Source: Eledone cirrhosa (taxonomy: Eukaryota). Taken from it: a stretch of DNA of 64,000 nucleotides. A program made the translations under genes and the position numbers. The first letter of the stretch is position 1; every line of letters begins with the position of its first letter. This document shows, piece after piece, positions 39,060-52,700 of this stretch. The notes beneath the pieces are model-generated. The model saw only the letters and a list, made by a program, of their open reading frames with translations, was not told the DNA's origin and searched no databases. Where the stretch lies: contig OZ024741.1 in NCBI GenBank assembly GCA_964016885.1, positions 130,820,001-130,884,000 on the forward strand, given 5' to 3'.

Positions 39060-40618
39060 TTGGTGAAGAAGAGTTGGAGAAAAAGGACGAAAGCTGCACT
39101 TACCTTTTCGTTTTCTGGAGATCGGGTTGTTCAATTTCCATTTGGGTGCTGGATGGGGTGTTGTGTGGGGTGGGGAAACATTTTAACAGGACGCTGTTGA
39201 TGGGTTTCTAGCAGGGGTTGTCCACGTCCTGTGAAAATTTATTTTTCAGGTCCTTATAGGTTTCCATAGAAACCCTTATAAGTTTAAGGTGTGGAGACGA
39301 TTCTGCCTTGACGAAAGTTTTGCCCTCCGTCTCCACCTTGGGGTTTTGGGAGATGACCTCCATCAAACTCTTGTTGTTTGTGTTTTTGTTGTGTTGTTTT
39401 AGTTTGTTGTTCGTCCGGGAGTTTTCTTTTTATGGTGGGTGGTTGTGTTTGGGGTGGTGTTGGTGTTGGTTTTGCTGGTAGGGGGATGTTTTACTGTGTT
39501 GTTGTTTGTGTCTGTGGTTGTGTGTTGGTGTTGGTGATTGAAGTTTTGGGGGTTTTGTGGTGTCTCTTTTTTTGTTTTTTAGATTTCCGTGGCGCTGCCT
39601 CTTCTTCACTTAAAGAAGGAGAAGCAGCTTCATCCATCGATGAATAATCATCGTCAGGTGTGTGGGGTAGGGGTATGTTGCGTGGTGGTGGTGTTTCGGT
39701 GTGTGTGTTTGTGGTAGTGTTTCATGGAGTGGAATGGAGTGGGGCTGTGTTCTTCAGGGGTGTTGTCTCTGTTTTTTCTGTTGTTGTTGGTTGAGTGGCT
39801 GTTTGTTTTGGTGTGGTTGCTCGTTTCATCTGTTGTTGTACTTGTGGTGGTGGTGGTTGTTTTGGTGTTGGTGTTGGTAATAGTGTTTTTTTTAATGACA
39901 TTGATGTGGTGTGTTTGTGAAGGACAGGAGGCTTTTATGTGTGCTGTGCTACCACAGCGAAAGCAATGACATTTTCGTCCTTCTACTGAAATGTTTATTT
40001 TGTTGTTGTCGTCGATGACGACTTTTTCGGGTATTTTGGAGATTCTCTCCAGCCTCATTTGCAACAGAATCTCCAACTCGGTACCTGCCCACCTTTGTCG
40101 AATAGACTTTCGTATCGAAAGAATGGCATCAGTTTCTGGCTCTACGAAGCCAGCCAAGATCCACCAGATGTTAATGTTTGGTGGTATATTTTTATTTTTT
40201 ATTTTTGTGTCCTTTTTCCCATGTATGTAGGGAAAAAGGTGAATGCTTTTGACACCATTGGTGTCACAGAATGTTTTTGAGCGAGTGCCTCGCTTTTAAA
40301 CAGTACGGAAACACTTCCGTACTGTTTTCCTCGTTGGAGAAATTCGATATTTGCTAGAATTTCCTTCAAGGTATCTTCTATATTTCCTTTACTAACAAAT
40401 ATCGGCTTTCTCGTGGTTTGGATACAGTCCTAAAGGTCACTGTCCTTCGAACTGTGTCTTCTTTTATTTCGAGGGGTGAGTTAATTCTAAACCCACCCTT
40501 CTCTTCGAAAGTTACAAATTTTCTCCCTTGCTGGAGCATATCTCTTGCATTGGAGATATCAAGATTTATAAAATCTTGATTTTTGTTTACTGTTTCAGCG
40601 AAAGACAATTTGTTTGTG

Positions 40619-40691
<73 letters not shown>

Positions 40692-40996
40692 AGCCTCGGT
40701 GTTGGAAATCTCAGTTCCTTGACGAGGTGAAACTTATGTGTAGATGTATCTGTGGAGTTGTTGATGTCTTTTTCATGTGTATGTATGTTAATGGGTTTAA
40801 TTCCTGTGTTTTCATTTTTCTCCACTTCGACGGTAGAAATTGTACAATCTTCAAGTGGCAATATTTTTTTCCTTTGTTGACAGTCGTATCTATGGCGACG
40901 TCCATAGTAGCAGAAGCAGATATAACGTTAAAATCTGCCTCTTTCTATCTCTTTTCTCTGTCGACGTTCTCCAGCGTTCCTTTCGTGTTATTCATG
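39060..40996 (-). pseudogene. Tx1-type ORF1 (disrupted) with a CCHC zinc knuckle
   Basis: VEGRKCHCFRCGSTAHIKASCP (C-x2-C-x4-H-x4-C); several stops and frameshifts; (ACA)n tract. Confidence 0.7.
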
Positions 40997-41211
40997 TTTT
41001 ATAGTTGGCAAAATTTGATATTTTAAAACAATTTTTAAATTAAATTTTCGCCCCTAAAGGCCGAAAAATGGGATTACCACCCAGCTGACAATTGAGCTTG
41101 GGGGTTAATCTACAAAATAATATGTTTTTTCAAACAATTTGTTCTGTTTTTCGTGTATAAATTTACAAAAAATCTTACCAGCGATGTTCCATGCGTCAGG
41201 CAGATAGAGAA

Positions 41212-41288
<77 letters not shown>

Positions 41289-41508
41289 CGTGTACCAAAC
41301 ACACACACACACATTTCTTACTCTCTCTGACCTTCCCGCTTTACGCGATTTACTTGTCCCAATAGCTTTATTTAGCTATTGCTCGCACCAACCGGAGGTA
41401 TATGATTTTTAAAGCGATGAAATACCAATGAAGGTTGGAAAATCACTGACGAAGGACTATTTTTATCAGATGTAACCCATGTGCAACCACGCAGTATTCT
41501 TTCTTCTC

Positions 41509-41592
<84 letters not shown>

Positions 41593-41706
41593 GTTGTTGA
41601 AAAGAGAAGTGGCCTTTGACCTAGCAATAAAGACTGGAGACAAATTCTTTCTGTACCAAAACCAAGGCACACACACACACACACACACACACACAATTTT
41701 GTGTGT

Positions 41707-41795
<89 letters not shown>

Positions 41796-42392
41796 CGTGC
41801 GCGTGCGTGCGTGCGTGCGCGTTTATGTGTGTGTGTGTGTGTATCTATCTATGTATATATATATATGGGATACAGAAATGACTTTCTCACTGTCTCCAAG
41901 CTTCTCAATTCATTCGTTGCTACTAAGTATTTTATTTTGCAAGGTACTATTTTTCTCCTGAGTTCGTGATTTCAGAGAAAGGTAAGAAATTCTTCATATT
42001 TTGCATCTTTTGTATTTTGACATTACATTTTGAATTGTAGAATTGTCTATCCATTCAAAATATTACAACAGCTAACAGTGAAATATAGAATTTAAAAAAA
42101 AAGTTTTTTCGACTGCGGTCAAATCTTTTGTTTTGGACTGAAACTTTTTTGTATTTAATTCGTGCGAGTATTTTTTAAAGATTCTAACATAACTTGATTT
42201 GGGCCAGTAATCTACTGATATCAAAATCAGTAGTATATTGAAAAATGGAAAAATAGGGTAGGAGGGGCGTTTAGTGATTTCAAGGGGCAAAAGGGTTGAG
42301 AACCTTTGATTTAGAGTACTTATCAATTGAGGAAGCATTCTGATTTTTACAGTTTCTTATACACATGTTTCATCGTTATTTAGCAAATTTGT

Positions 42393-42581
42393 CACTGGCG
42401 GTGAATTGGCAGTATCGGTAGAAGGTTTGACGCTATGCTTTCTAGCATAGTTACGTCCCTTTACGGTCTGAGTCCAAATCCTGCCGAGGTTAACTTTGCC
42501 TTTCATCCTTACGGGGTCGATAAAATAAAGTACCAGTAATGTACTGGTTAATTGCTGGCCTTGTGCCAAAAAGTAGAAACA
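42393..42581 (+). mobile_element. Full-length SINE with 18-bp TSD GTTATTTAGCAAATTTGT
   Basis: TSD at 42375-42392 and 42582-42599. Confidence 0.93.
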
Positions 42582-43261
42582 GTTATTTAGCAAATTTGTA
42601 CTTTCAATAGCAGTTTTGTCAATGCAGTGGATAAAATCGTCCTTAGAGTGTGTGTTTTCAAATCTTGTGGTACCTTTTGCGAGCTGTAATAATAATCAAA
42701 AGTTAAATTTTCCACTTCCCATTGGATAAATTCTCAGAATTATTTTATCTCATTAACCGTTGTCATATTGCCAAAGAAAAACAAAAACTACAAAAAGAAA
42801 TCCACCCCAGAACACAAAACAAAACAAAACAAACAGACATATTGTAAAGAATTTCAGAGTAGAAATACTGTCCAGCAGTTTCAAAAATATTAAATTTTGA
42901 CTGCACCACACAGTAGTAGGGTGTTAGGTTTTTTGGGGGTATTTTGAAATGTTACCATTTCAATATCCCTTTCAAAGTAAAATGCATGTTGCTGTTCATG
43001 ATATACTAGGGGGTGAATCACAGCATGTCATGTATTGTGTAGTTTGTATTCCAGTAACCTTCACATTGATTCTGAAGTACTAACATAACGACCATAACAT
43101 ACCGAAGTACTAACATAGCCATTTATATAGTGCGTAATTTCATAATGGATATAAGGATTGTATTCCTGTATTTGTATAAGCGCACAATAATATTATATAT
43201 ATATACATATATATAATGTTTGTGTGTGTGTGTGTAAATATATATATATATATATACACAT

Positions 43262-43358
<97 letters not shown>

Positions 43359-43400
43359 TGTGTCTGTGTTTGTACATATATGCATATGCATTCATATATA

Positions 43401-43479
43401 TTGGGTCATCAAGTATGAAATTTGTAGAAAAGTTTTGAAAAAACAGAAATTCCTACAAATTTCATACATGATGACTCAA
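43401..43479. mobile_element. 79-bp foldback MITE with TA on both flanks (Tc1/mariner-like)
   Basis: TA-TTGGGTCATCAAGTATGAAATTTGTAG ... CTACAAATTTCATACATGATGACTCAA-TA. Confidence 0.65.
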
Positions 43480-43481
43480 TA

Positions 43482-43775
43482 CATATATGAAGATATATTT
43501 TACAATGTTTATGGAAGAATAAATTTCGGAATTGGTGTGGAAGTTGCACATGTGTGCAAGATATTTGTTGCATGGTAACGATATTTCGGTTGTCAATTTG
43601 ATAATTACCAACATGGCATATATGTCATGGCATCTTCTGTAGAAATGTTGCATCATCTCTGGAGTCTTTTGGAAATCCTTTGGCACAGTTGTCATTCTCT
43701 GTACAAGGTACATTGCGGTTTGCTTCACTACGAGTACCATGAATAGGACAATTATTGTTACAATATCGTACGTCC
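43482..43775 (-). pseudogene. Helitron Rep (HUH) domain remnant
   Basis: Across frameshifts: YDIVT, IHG....NRNVPC....CAKGFPKD, IDNRNIV, PCNKYL..CNFHTNSEIYSSINIVKYIFIYV. Matches the Helitron Rep pattern MIHGPC..C.K.FPK..DNR.VVPYN.YL..H.NVE..S...VKYLFKY. Confidence 0.8.
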
Positions 43776-46700
43776 ATATTTGTCTGTGTAAATAGGGTTA
43801 GAAGCGGTGAACATATAACTTTACAAATCATATTTGTCTGTGTAACTAGGGTTAGAAGCGGTGAACATATAACTTTACACATCATATTTGTCTGTGTAAC
43901 TAAGGTTAGAGGCGGTGAACATATAACTTTACACATCATATTTGTCTGTGTAACTAGGGTTAGAAGCGGTGAACATATAACTTTACACATCATATTTGTC
44001 TGTGTAACTAGGGTTAGAAGCGGTGAACATACAACTTTACACGTCATATTTGTCTGTGTAACTAGGGTTGGAAGCGGTGAACAAATAACTTTACACATCA
44101 TATTTGTCTGTGTAACTAGGGTTGGAAGCGGTGAACATATAACTTTACACATCATATTTGTCTGTGTAACTAGGGTTGGAAGCAGTGAACATATAACTTT
44201 ACACATCATATTTGTCTGTGTAACTAGGGTTGGAAGCGGTGAACAAATAACTTTACACATCATATTTGTCTGTGTAACTAGGGTTGGAAGCAGTGAACAT
44301 ATAACTTTACACATCATATTTGTCTGTGTAACTAGGGTTGGAAGCAGTGAACATATAACTTTATACATCATATTTGTCTGTGTAACTAGGGTTAGAAGCG
44401 GTGAACATACAACTTTACACATCATATTTGTCTGTGTAACTAGGGTTGGAAGCGGTGAACATACAACTTTACACATCATATTTGTCTGTGTAACTAGGGT
44501 TGGAAGCGGTGAACATATAACTTTACACATCATATTTGTCTGTGTAACTAGGGTTGGAAGCAGTGAACATATAACTTTACACATCATATTTGTCTGTGTA
44601 ACTAGGGTTGGAAGCAGTGAACATATAACTTTATACATCATATTTGTCTGTGTAACTAGGGTTAGAAGCAGTGAATATACAACTTTACACTTCATATTTG
44701 TCTGTGTAACTAGGGTTGGAAGCAGTGAACATATAACTTTACACATCATATTTGTCTGTGTAACTAGGGTTGGAAGCGGTGAACATATAACTTTACACAT
44801 CATATTTGTCTGTGTAACTAGGGTTGGAAGCAGTGAACATATAACTTTACACATCATATTTGTCTGTGTAACTAGGGTTGGAAGCAGTGAACATATAAAT
44901 TTACACATCATATTTGTCTGTGTAACTAGGGTTGGAAGCAGTGAACATATAACTTTACACATCATATTTGTCTGTGTAACTAGGGTTAGAAGCAGTGAAC
45001 ATATAACTTTACACATCATATTTGTCTGTGTAACTAGGGTTAGAAGCAGTGAATAAACAACTTTACACTTCATATTTGTCTGTGTAACTAGGGTTGGAAG
45101 CAGTGAACATATAACTTTACACATCATATTTGTCTCTGTAACTAGGGTTGGAAGCAGTGAACATATAACTTTACACATCATATTTGTCTGTGTAACTAGG
45201 GTTAGAAGAAGTGAACATATAACTTTACACATCATATTTGTCTGTGTAACTAGGGTTGGAAGCAGTGAACATATAACTTTACACATCATATTTGTCTGTG
45301 TAACTAGGGTTAGAAGCAGTGAACATATAACTTTACACATCATATTTGTCTGTGTAACTAGGGTTGGAAGCAGTGAACATATAACTTTACACATCATATT
45401 TGTCTGTGTAACTAGGGTTGGAAGCAGTGAACATATAACTGTAAACATCATATTTGTCTGTGTAACTAGGGTTGGAAGCAGTGAACATATAACTTTACAG
45501 ATCATATTTGTCTGTGTAACTAGGGTTGGAAGCAGTGAACATATAACTTTACACATCATATTTGTCTGTGTAACTAGGGTTAGAAGCAGTGAACATATAA
45601 CTTTACACATCATATTTGTCTGTGTAACTAGGGTTAGAAGCAGTGAATATACAACTTTACACTTCATATTTGTCTGTGTAACTAGGGTTGGAAGCAGTGA
45701 ACATATAACTTTACACATCATATTTGTCTGTGTAACTAGGGTTGGAAGCGGTGAACATATAACTTTACACATCATATTTGTCTGTGTAACTAGGGTTGGA
45801 AGCAGTGAACATATAACTTTACACATCATATTTGTCTGTGTAACTAGGGTTGGAAGCAGTGAACATATAAATTTACACATCATATTTGTCTGTGTAACTA
45901 GGGTTGGAAGCAGTGAACATATAACTTTACACATCATATTTGTCTGTGTAACAAGGGTTGGAAGCGGTGAACATATAACTTTACACATCATATTTGTCTG
46001 TGTAACTAGGGTTGGAAGCAGTGAACATATAACTTTACACATCATATTTGTCTGTGTAACTAGGGTTGGAAGCAGTGAACATATAACTTTACACATCATA
46101 TTTGTCCGTGTAACTAGGGTTGGAAGCAGTGAACATATAACTTTACACATCATATTTGTCTGTGTAACTGGGGTTGGAAGCAGTGAATATATAACTTTAC
46201 ACATCATATTTGTCTGTGTAACTAGGGTTGGAAGCGGTGAACATATAACTTTACACATCATATTTGTCTGTGTAACTAGGGTTAGAAGCAGTGAACATAT
46301 AACTTTACACATCATATTTGTCTGTGTAACTAGGGATGGAAGCAGTGAACATATAACTTTACACATCATATTTGTCTGTGTAACTAGGGTTGGAAGCAGT
46401 GAACATATAACTTTACACATCATATTTGTCTGTGTAACTAGGGTTGGAAGAGGTGAACATATAACTTTACACATCATATTTGTCTGTGTAACTAGGGTTG
46501 GAAGCAGTGAACATATAACTTTACACATCATATTTGTCTGTGTAACTAGGGTTGGAAGCAGTGAACATATAACTTTACACATCATATTTGTCTGTGTAAC
46601 TAGGGTTGGAAGCAGTGAACATATAACTTTACACATCTTATTTGTCTGTTTAACTAGGGTTGGAAGCAGTGAACATATAACTTTACACATCATATTTGTC

Positions 46701-49700
46701 TGTGTAACTAGGGTTGGAAGAGGTGAACATATAACTTTACACATCATATTTGTCTGTGTAACTAGGGTTGGAAGCAGTGAACATATAACTTTACACATCA
46801 TATTTGTCTGTGTAACTAGGGCTGGAAGCAGAGAACATGTAACTTTACACATCATATTTGTCTGCGTAACTCGGGTTGGAAGCGGTGAACATATAACTTT
46901 ACACATCATATTTGTCTGTGGAACTAGGGTTGGAAGCGGTGAACATATAACTTTACACATCATATTTGTCTGTGTAACTAGGGTTGGAAGCAGTGAACAT
47001 ATAACTTTACACATCATATTTGTCTTTGTAACTAGGGTTGGAAGCAGTGAACATATGACTTTACACATCATATTTGTCTGTGTAACTAGGGTTGGAAGCG
47101 GTGAACATATAACTTTACACATCATATTTGTCCGTGTAACTAGGGTTGGAAGCAGTGAACATATAACTTTACACATCATATTTGTCTGTGTAACTAGGGT
47201 TGGAAGCAGTGAACATATAACTTTACACATCATATTTGTCTGTGTAACTCGGGTTGGAAGAGGTGAACATATAACTTTACACATCATATTTGTCTGTGTA
47301 ACTAGGGTTGGAAGCAGTGAACATATAACTTTACACATCATATTTGTCTGTGTAACTAGGGTTGGAAGCAGTGAACATATAACTTTACACATCATATTTG
47401 TCTGTGTAACTAGGGTTGGAAGCGGTGAACATATAACTTTACACATCATATTTGTCTGTTTAACTAGGGTTGGAAGCAGTGAACATATAACTTTACACAT
47501 CATATTTGTCTGTGTAACTAGGGTTGGAAGAGGTGAACATATAACTTTACACATCATATTTGTCTGTGTAACTAGGGTTAGAAGCAGTGAACATATAACT
47601 TTACACATCATATTTGTCTGTGTAACTAGGGCTGGAAGCAGAGAACATGTAACTTTACACATCATATTTGTCTGCGTAACTCGGGTTGGAAGCAGTGAAC
47701 ATATAACTTTACACATCATATTTGTCTTTGTAACTAGGGTTGGAAGCAGTGAACATATAACTTTACACATCATATTTGTCTGTGTAACTAGGGTTGGAAG
47801 CAGTGAACATATAACTTTACACATCATATTTGTCTGTGTAACTCGGGTTGGAAGAGGTGAACATATAACTTTACACATCATATTTGTCTGTGTAACTAGG
47901 GTTGGAAGCAGTGAACATATAACTTTACACATCATATTTGTCTGTGTAACTAGGGTTGGAAGCAGTGAACATATAACTTTACACATCATATTTGTCTGTG
48001 TAACTAGGGTTGGAAGCGGTGAACATATAACTTTACACATCATATTTGTCTGTTTAACTAGGGTTGGAAGCAGTGAACATATAACTTTACACATCATATT
48101 TGTCTGTGTAACTAGGGTTGGAAGAGGTGAACATATAACTTTACACATCATATTTGTCTGTGTAACTAGGGTTGGAAGCAGTGAACATTTAACTTTACAC
48201 ATCATATTTGTCTGTGTAACTAGGGCTGGAAGCAGAGAACATGTAACTTTACACATCATATTTGTCTGCGTAACTCGGGTTGGAAGCGGTGAACATATAA
48301 CTTTACACATCATATTTGTCTGTGGAACTAGGGTTGGAAGCGGTGAACATATAACTTTACACATCATATTTGTCTGTGTAACTAGGGTTGGAAGCAGTGA
48401 ACATATAACTTTACACATCATATTTGTCTTTGTAACTAGGGTTGGAAGCAGTGAACATATGACTTTACACATCATATTTGTCTGTGTAACTAGGGTTGGA
48501 AGCGGTGAACATATAACTTTACACATCATATTTGTCCGTGTAACTAGGGTTGGAAGCAGTGAACATATAACTTTACACATCATATTTGTCTGTGTAACTA
48601 GGGTTGGAAGCAGTGAACATATAACTTTACACATCATATTTGTCTGTGTAACTAGGGTTGGAAGAGGTGAACATATAACTTTACACATCATATTTGTCTG
48701 TGTAACTAGGGTTGGAAGCAGTGAACATATAACTTTACACATCATATTTGTCTGTGTAACTAGGGTTGGAAGCAGTGAACATATAACTTTACACATCATA
48801 TATGTCTGTGTAACTAGGGTTGGAAGCAGTGAACATATAACTTTACACATCATATTTGTCTGGGTAACTAGGGTTAGAAGCAGTGAACATACAACTTTAC
48901 ACATCATATTTGGCTGTGTAACTAGGGTTGGAAGCAGTGAACATATAACTTTACACATCATATTTGTCTTTGTAACTAGGGTTGGAAGCAGTGAACATAT
49001 AACTTTACACATCATATTTGTCTGTGTAACCAGGGTTGGAAGCAGTGAACATATAACTTTACACATCATATTTGTCTGTGTAACTCGGGTTGGAAGAGGT
49101 GAACATATAACTTTACACATCATATTTGTCTGTGTAACTAGGGTTGGAAGCAGTGAACATATAACTTTACACATCATATTTGTCTGTGTAACTAGGGTTG
49201 GAAGCAGTGAACATATAACTTTACACATCATATTTGTCTGTGTAACTAGGGTTGGAAGCGGTGAACATATAACTTTACACATCATATTTGTCTGTTTAAC
49301 TAGGGTTGGAAGCAGTGAACATATAACTTTACACATCATATTTGTCTGTGTAACTAGGGTTGGAAGAGGTGAACATATAACTTTACACATCATATTTGTC
49401 TGTGTAACTAGGGTTGGAAGCAGTGAACATATAACTTTACACATCATATTTGTCTGTGTAACTAGGGCTGGAAGCAGTGAACATGTAACTTTACACATCA
49501 TATTTGTCTGCGTAACTCGGGTTGGAAGCGGTGAACATATAACTTTACACATCATATTTGTCTGTGGAACTAGGGTTGGAAGCGGTGAACAAATAACTTT
49601 ACACATCATATTTGTCTGTGTAACTAGGGTTAGAAGCAGTGAACATATAACTTTACACATCATATTTGTCACTGTAACTAGGGTTGGAAGCAGTGAACAT

Positions 49701-52700
49701 ATAACTTTACAGATCATATTTGTCTGTGTAACTAGGGTTGGAAGCAGTGAACATACAACTTTACACATCATATTTGTCTGTGTAACTAGGCTTGGAAGCA
49801 GTGAACATATAACTTTACACATCATATTTGTCTGTGTAACTAGTGTAAGAAGCAGTGAACATATAACTTTACACATCATATTTGTCTGTGTAACAAGGGT
49901 TAGAAGCAGTGAACATATAACTTTACACATCATATTTATCTGTGTAACTAGGGTTAGAAGCAGTGAACATATAACTTTACACATCATATTTGTCTGTGTA
50001 ACTATGGTTAGAAGCAGTGAATATACAACTTTACACATCATATTTGTCTGTGTAACTAGGTTTGGAAGCAGTGAACATATAACTTTACACATCATATTTT
50101 TCTATGTAACTAGGGTTGGAAGCAGTGAACATATAACTTTACACATCATATTTGTCTTTGTAACTAGGGTTGGAAGCGGTGAACAAATAACTTTACACAT
50201 CATATTTGTCTGTGTAACTAGGGTTGGAAGCAGTGAACATATAACTGTAAACATCATATTTGTCTGTGTAACTAAGGTTGGAAGCAGTGAACATATAACT
50301 TTACAGATCATATTTGTCTGTGTAACTAGGGTTGGAAGCAGTGAACATATAACTTTACACATCATATTTGTCTGTGTAACTAGGGTTAGAAGCAGTGAAT
50401 ATACAACTTTACACTTCATATTTGTCTGTGTAACTAGGGTTGGAAGCAGTGAACATATAACTTTACACATCATATTTGTCTGTGTAACTAGGGTTGGAAG
50501 CAGTGAACATATAACTGTAAACATCATATTTGTCTGTGTAACTAGGGTTGGAAGCAGTGAACATATAACTTTACAGATCATATTTGTCTGTGTAACTAGG
50601 GTTGGAAGCAGTGAACATATAACTTTACACATCATATTTGTCTGTGTAACTAGGGTTAGAAGCAGTGAACATATAACTTTACACATCATATTTGTCTGTG
50701 TAACTAGGGTTAGAAGCAGTGAATATACAACTTTACACTTCATATTTGTCTGTGTAACTAGGGTTGGAAGCAGTGAACATATAACTTTACACATCATATT
50801 TGTCTGTGTAACTAGGGTTGGAAGCGGTGAACATATAACTTTACACATCATATTTGTCTGTGTAACTAGGGTTGGAAGCAGTGAACATATAACTTTACAC
50901 ATCATATTTGTCTGTGTAACTAGGGTTGGAAGCAGTGAACATATAAATTTACACATCATATTTGTCTGTGTAACTAGGGTTGGAAGCAGTGAACATATAA
51001 CTTTACACATCATATTTGTCTGTGTAACAAGGGTTGGAAGCGGTGAACATATAACTTTACACATCATATTTGTCTGTGTAACTAGGGTTGGAAGCAGTGA
51101 ACATATAACTTTACACATCATATTTGTCTGTGTAACTAGGGTTGGAAGCAGTGAACATATAACTTTACACATCATATTTGTCCGTGTAACTAGGGTTGGA
51201 AGCAGTGAACATATAACTTTACACATCATATTTGTCTGTGTAACTGGGGTTGGAAGCAGTGAATATATAACTTTACACATCATATTTGTCTGTGTAACTA
51301 GGGTTGGAAGCGGTGAACATATAACTTTACACATCATATTTGTCTGTGTAACTAGGGTTAGAAGCAGTGAACATATAACTTTACACATCATATTTGTCTG
51401 TGTAACTAGGGTTGGAAGCAGTGAACATATAACTTTACACATCATATTTGTCTGTGTAACTAGGGTTGGAAGCAGTGAACATATAACTTTACACATCATA
51501 TTTGTCTGTGTAACTAGGATTGGAAGAGGTGAACATATAACTTTACACATCATATTTGTCTGTGTAACTAGGGTTGGAAGCAGTGAACATATAACTTTAC
51601 ACATCATATTTGTCTGTGTAACTAGGGTTGGAAGCAGTGAACATATAACTTTACACATCATATTTGTCTGTGTAACTAGTGTTGGAAGCAGTGAACATAT
51701 AACTTTACACATCTTATTTGTCTGTTTAACTAGGGTTGGAAGCAGTGAACATATAACTTTACACATCATATTTGTCTGTGTAACTAGGGTTGGAAGAGGT
51801 GAACATATAACTTTACACATCATATTTGTCTGTGTAACTAGGGTTGGAAGCAGTGAACATATAACTTTACACATCATATTTGTCTGTGTAACTAGGGCTG
51901 GAAGCAGAGAACATGTAACTTTACACATCATATTTGTCTGCGTAACTCGGGTTGGAAGCGGTGAACATATAACTTTACACATCATATTTGTCTGTGGAAC
52001 TAGGGTTGGAAGCGGTGAACATATAACTTTACACATCATATTTGTCTGTGTATTTAGGGTTGGAAGCAGTGAACATATAACTTTACACATCATATTTGTC
52101 TTTGTAACTAGGGTTGGAAGCAGTGAACATATGACTTTACACATCATATTTGTCTGTGTAACTAGGGTTGGAAGCGGTGAACATATAACTTTACACATCA
52201 TATTTGTCCGTGTAACTAGGGTTGGAAGCAGTGAACATATAACTTTACACATCATATTTGTCTGTGTAAATAGGGTTGGAAGCAGTGAACATATAACTTT
52301 ACACATCATATTTGTCTGTGTAACTAGGGTTGGAAGAGGTGAACATATAACTTTACACATCATATTTGTCTGTGTAACTAGGGTTGGAAGCAGTGAACAT
52401 ATAACTTTACACATCATATTTGTCTGTGTAACTAGGGTTGGAAGCAGTGAACATATAACTTTACACATCATATATGTCTGTGTAACTAGGGTTGGAAGCA
52501 GTGAAAATATAACTTTACACATCATATTTGTCTGGGTAACTAGGGTTAGAAGCAGTGAACATACAACTTTACACATCATATTTGGCTGTGTAACTAGGGT
52601 TGGAAGCAGTGAACATATAACTTTACACATCATATTTGTCTTTGTAACTAGGGTTGGAAGCAGTGAACATATAACTTTACACATCATATTTGTCTGTGTA

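Larger units (their letters stand above)
35291..41207 (-). mobile_element. Near full-length Tx1/L1-clade LINE flanked by (TAGA)n
   Basis: CCHC-type ORF1 and APE-RT-zinc-finger ORF2; (TAGA)n at 35252-35290 and 41200-41287. Confidence 0.85.

Noticed and set aside
41440-41510. CTGACGAAGGAC as a hammerhead
   Set aside because: No downstream GAAA or stem III before the (TA)n tract.
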